Source of the DNA: an uncultured virus (IMG/VR IMGVR_UViG_2049941000_000043)
Lineage: Duplodnaviria > Heunggongvirae > Uroviricota > Caudoviricetes
Length of the DNA stretch: 20,000 nt
Virus record (IMG/VR): IMGVR_UViG_2049941000_000043
Direction: 5' to 3' (one strand)
Made by a program: the position numbers and the translations under genes. The notes beneath the pieces are model-generated. The model saw nothing but the letters and a program-made list of their open reading frames with translations. It was not told the origin of the DNA and did no database searches. Of the stretch, positions 17,198-20,000 are shown piece by piece; within the stretch, counting starts at the first letter, position 1, and each line of letters starts with the position of its first letter.

Positions 17198-17429
17198 TGC
17201 GGATGCTTTGCCAAAATGGACAGGATATGCTTTGAGTGCTACAGAAATAGCAATAGAGGTTGAACACGCACCAACCATAGATGCCGTCCCTGTGGTGCGG
17301 TGCAAGGACTGCCGTTGGCACATAGACGAAGAACCGGGAATGGTTTACTGTCGTGCAATCGTTGGTGGATGGGTTCATAACGATTGGTTTTGTAAGAGCG
17401 GAGAAAGGAGAGGCGATGAGGCTGATTGA
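17184..17429 (+). CDS. Cys-rich paralog ('MRLIDAD...PTIDAVPVVRCKDC...WFCKSGERR')
   Basis: RBS AAAGGAG, ATG 17184. Confidence 0.7.
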   Translation: MRLIDADALPKWTGYALSATEIAIEVEHAPTIDAVPVVRCKDCRWHIDEEPGMVYCRAIVGGWVHNDWFCKSGERRGDEAD

Positions 17430-17577
17430 TGCGGACGCATTAAGAGAGCAGTGTGATGACCCTTTTTGGTGCGTTTGGTTAAGTGATATAGACCATGCAC
17501 CAACCATTGATGCCGTTCCTGTTGTACGATGTCGGGATTGTAAGTTTGCGGAGTGGGAAGAAGATAGCACTAAGAAG
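17416..17577 (+). CDS. Cys-rich paralog, interrupted by gap
   Basis: 'MRLIDADAL...PTIDAVPVVRCRDC'. RBS AAAGGAG. Confidence 0.6.
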
Positions 17578-17594
17578 NNNNNNNNNNCGAGACG

Positions 17595-17758
17595 ATGAGA
17601 CTGATTGATATTGAAGCACCGTGCAAAATCGAAATAAAACTTGACGGTGAAAAGTGTCACGCAACCGTTACTGCACCAACCATAGATGCTGTTCCTGTGG
17701 TGCGGTGTAAGGACTGCAAGCACAATCTGCACCCCGGAAAGCCAAACACCGTGTGCGG
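17595..17758 (+). CDS. Cys-rich paralog, interrupted by gap
   Basis: 'MRLIDIE...PTIDAVPVVRCKDC'. Sequence after the gap (to 17930) encodes a TM-like segment that is probably a separate gene. Confidence 0.55.
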
Positions 17759-17926
17759 NNNNNNNNNNAGTAACTGGGCAACATGGGCAATTATCGCAAT
17801 TCTCTGCGTTGGGATGCTGTGCTTGATCGCGCTCATGGCCGTCACTATAGCGGAGAGCGTGCAGGATATGAGGCGCAGGAGGATCGAGTGGGAACGCGAG
17901 GACGATATGCGAAGCTGGAGGCACAA

Positions 17927-18253
17927 ATGAGAAGCAAGTATAGAGCAGTCCCGATCGACACACCGGACGGTCACTTCGACTCTATGGGCGAGTTCGCACG
18001 GTGGGAAGACCTCAAGCTGATGCAGAGAGGCGGCCTGATCTCCGGCCTCAAGAGGCAGGGCAAGGTTGGGCTGANNNNNNNNNNCCAGCCGGTGGAGTAC
18101 ATCGCAGACTTCAGGTACTACGACAAGCGCACCAGCCAGTGGGTGACGGAGGACTTCAAGGGCATGAGGACTGATGTGTACAAGCTGAAGAAGAAGCTCA
18201 TGCTCTGGCGGTATGGCATCGAGATCAAAGAGACAGGGAGGAAAGACCTGTGA
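17927..18253 (+). CDS. DUF1064-family endonuclease (resolvase-like)
   Basis: 'SKYRA.....DG.FDS..E...W..LKL......I..L..Q', 'YIADFRY.......EDFKG..T..YKLKKKL'. Contains a 10-N gap. Confidence 0.8.
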   Translation: MRSKYRAVPIDTPDGHFDSMGEFARWEDLKLMQRGGLISGLKRQGKVGLXXXXQPVEYIADFRYYDKRTSQWVTEDFKGMRTDVYKLKKKLMLWRYGIEIKETGRKDL

Positions 18254-18339
18254 TTGTGGCGGTGATGATCCTGGCGGCAATAGCGGTCATCGTGATCGGC
18301 ATGGTGGTCTATGCCGTGTGGCATGACTTTTGGAGATAG
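18250..18339 (+). CDS. Tiny membrane peptide (29 aa)
   Basis: GTG start overlapping the upstream stop; MIVAVMILAAIAVIVIGMVVYAVWHDFWR*. Confidence 0.45.
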   Translation: MIVAVMILAAIAVIVIGMVVYAVWHDFWR

Positions 18340-18351
18340 GAGGAGACAACA

Positions 18352-18747
18352 ATGGCACTACAAATGAGCATCCCGGACATCCTGAAGGAGTACCGTGAGG
18401 CGAGAGACAAGAAGGCGCAGATCCCGATCCTGGCTGACCAGAACCAGGTGAAGCCGTGGGAGATGGCGAAGATCCTCCGGGCGAACGGAGCGGACGTGGA
18501 CGCACGGTGGTACAAGTCGCCGCAGCAGAAGAAGGAAGAGCGGGACGAGAGAGCCGAAGAACGTGCGGCACTGGTAGCCGAACAGATGGTCAGGATCAAG
18601 GAGGAGCGGGAAGCCAGGAACGCCGCCAAAGCGGACGTGCAGTGGCTGAAGGAGAGAGCGGAAAAGATCGCGGAGAGAACAGGATCAGATCCGTGGGAAC
18701 TGTTCGCCACCGCAGTCATGTGGCTGACCGCCACCGGGATGCTATGA
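18352..18747 (+). CDS. Hypothetical protein
   Basis: RBS AGGAGG; 'ILKEYREARDKKAQIPILADQN' N-terminus. Confidence 0.65.
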   Translation: MALQMSIPDILKEYREARDKKAQIPILADQNQVKPWEMAKILRANGADVDARWYKSPQQKKEERDERAEERAALVAEQMVRIKEEREARNAAKADVQWLKERAEKIAERTGSDPWELFATAVMWLTATGML

Positions 18748-19139
18748 CGAAGGAACGCTTGCGGAGGTACATCTGGCTGAAGCAGGAGTGCCGGCAGCTG
18801 CAGGCGTACCTCGAACGCACGATGAACGACATGGCCTCCGTCTCGTCTCCACGGCTCACAGGGATGCCGCACAGCACGGACACCCACGGACTGGACGAGA
18901 TAGTCGTGAGATACGAAGAGATCGTCAGCAAGTACGAGAAGCGGCTGAAGCTGTACCAGAAGGAGACGCTGGCCATCGAGCAGGCCATCGAGGGGCTGAA
19001 AGATCCGCGCCTTCGACTGCTGATGCGGTACAAGTACATGGACGGACTGAAGTGGGACACCATCGCGGATCTGATGCACTACGAGGTGCGGTGGCTGTAC
19101 ATCCTGCACGGGCAGGCCCTGCAGGAGGTCGGCAGCTGA
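18744..19139 (+). CDS. ArpU/RinA-like late transcription activator
   Basis: ATG 18744 (ATGA overlap); 'SP.LTGMP', 'IEQAIE.L.D...RLLMRYKY.DGLKWDTIA..MHY.......LHG.AL'. Confidence 0.8.
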   Translation: MTKERLRRYIWLKQECRQLQAYLERTMNDMASVSSPRLTGMPHSTDTHGLDEIVVRYEEIVSKYEKRLKLYQKETLAIEQAIEGLKDPRLRLLMRYKYMDGLKWDTIADLMHYEVRWLYILHGQALQEVGS

Positions 19140-19425
19140 AAAGAGAAGGTGAAGAGAGGCCCTGCGCGGGACGAGCAAAGTCGGAACGAGATGCAACGGC
19201 ATAGTTTGAATGGCCATAAAAGCACCGCCGAGGCACTGCATTGACACGAAGGCGGCGCACGATGCGTATGCAAAGGCGAAGAAAGGCCAAGCTATGGAGC
19301 AGTAAGAAATGAACGCCCGGCAAAGGCATAGCTTGGATTGGAGTGGCAGCGAAGGGCACCGGCAAAGATGAGAGGAGAAGTGATTAGCAACGGTTCGGCG
19401 CGATGAGCATGGCGTTGGCAAGAGT
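19140..19425 (+). repeat. Degenerate pentamer (NG[C/A]NN) array 2, candidate non-coding guide RNA
   Basis: 19325-19359: ggcat agctt ggatt ggagt ggcag cgaag ggcac; +1 nt; 19361-19390: ggcaa agatg agagg agaag tgatt agcaa. Same grammar and strand as array 1. Confidence 0.7.
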
Positions 19426-19457
19426 TCATATTAATGCACAAAAGAACGTGGTATAAG
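19422..19457 (+). promoter_or_regulatory. Putative activator-dependent late promoter
   Basis: Extended -10 TG-G-TATAAG (19449-19457) with no good -35, downstream of the ArpU/RinA-like gene and upstream of HNH. Confidence 0.5.
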
Positions 19458-19462
19458 GGTAC

Positions 19463-19545
19463 CGTGGGAAGTCTGCAAAGACGGAACACGCTTCATGTTC
19501 TTCTGTTCTCCGCTCTACGAGGCTCCGGGAAACCGGGGCCTCAAC
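19463..19545 (+). ncRNA. Candidate structured small RNA / late leader with anti-SD tract
   Basis: 5' stem CGTG-ggaa-GTCT-GCAA-AGAC-ggaa-CACG, pyrimidine tract CTTCATGTTCTTCTGTTCTCC, 3' hairpin GAGGCTCCGG-GAAA-CCGGGGCCTC. Both loops are GNRA. Confidence 0.45.
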
Positions 19546-19602
19546 TATTACGGAGTNNNNNNNNNNNNNNNNNNNNNNNNNNNNNNNNNNNNNNNNNNNN
19601 NN

Positions 19603-19950
19603 ATGAAAAAAGGGGAGAATCCCCGAAGTAAGAACGGGAACCTCAGAAGAAAGCACAGGGCCCGGTTGAAAGCCATGGGAGCACCGTGCGGCATCTGTGG
19701 TGGAAGACTGGGCCCGATCCATTACGACGAGCCATCAGATGCAAAGCATCCTCTGAGCTTCGTCATAGACGAGATAAAACCAGTAAGCCGGTGGAGGGAG
19801 TTCGGATACCCATCCCCTCAAGCCGCCGCCCAGGACTGGAACAATCTGCAGGCAGCTCACTACTGCTGCAACGTAGCAAAGCGAAATCATGTACCAGAAG
19901 ACCGGCAGAAGATCGTGAAGAAAATGACAGTCAAGGACGGGGCCTGGTGA
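19603..19950 (+). CDS. HNH endonuclease (packaging-associated)
   Basis: 'CGICG', 'IDEIKPVS', 'NLQAAHYCCN..K'. Position after the late promoter. Start abuts an N gap. Confidence 0.8.
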   Translation: MKKGENPRSKNGNLRRKHRARLKAMGAPCGICGGRLGPIHYDEPSDAKHPLSFVIDEIKPVSRWREFGYPSPQAAAQDWNNLQAAHYCCNVAKRNHVPEDRQKIVKKMTVKDGAW

Positions 19951-20000
19951 TCAGGACCGAGAAGGTGAGGGTAGGAGACCCCCAGAAGAGGCGGAGCTCT

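Noticed and set aside
16035..17963. Long ORFs (313, 634 and 244 aa) spanning the N runs
   Set aside because: Artefacts of translating through assembly gaps.
18309..19421. 370-aa minus-strand ORF
   Set aside because: Antisense shadow of GC-rich genes and array 2; no RBS or recognisable motifs.
19951..20000. cos/pac site after the HNH gene
   Set aside because: Position is plausible, but the window ends before the terminase and no diagnostic sequence can be supported.

Overview
About 20 kb of a temperate, siphovirus-like phage, probably of a Bacillota (Clostridia-like) host (inferred from gene families and RBS style). It is assembled across an intact attP, so it represents the excised or virion form. 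Gene order: Dit end and tail endopeptidase, tail fibre with repeated domains, accessory fibre/BspA-LRR genes, holin, amidase-LysM endolysin, attP (tRNA 3' end flanked by arm-type repeats), tyrosine integrase and repressor (minus strand), cro and early genes, Gp157/Sak/SSB/replication initiator, a cluster of paralogous Cys-rich ORFs broken by N gaps, DUF1064, ArpU/RinA-like activator, late promoter, HNH. The main unexplained element is a stand-alone RAMP/Cas7-like gene (11749-12342) with no other cas gene or CRISPR array in the window. It is accompanied by two ~300-nt tracts (11147-11508, 19140-19425) built from degenerate N-G-(C/A)-N-N pentamers, a candidate phage RNA-guided system with non-CRISPR guide RNAs. 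A predicted structured small RNA behind the late promoter is complementary to that gene's ribosome-binding site. All family assignments are from motif recognition, not database searches.
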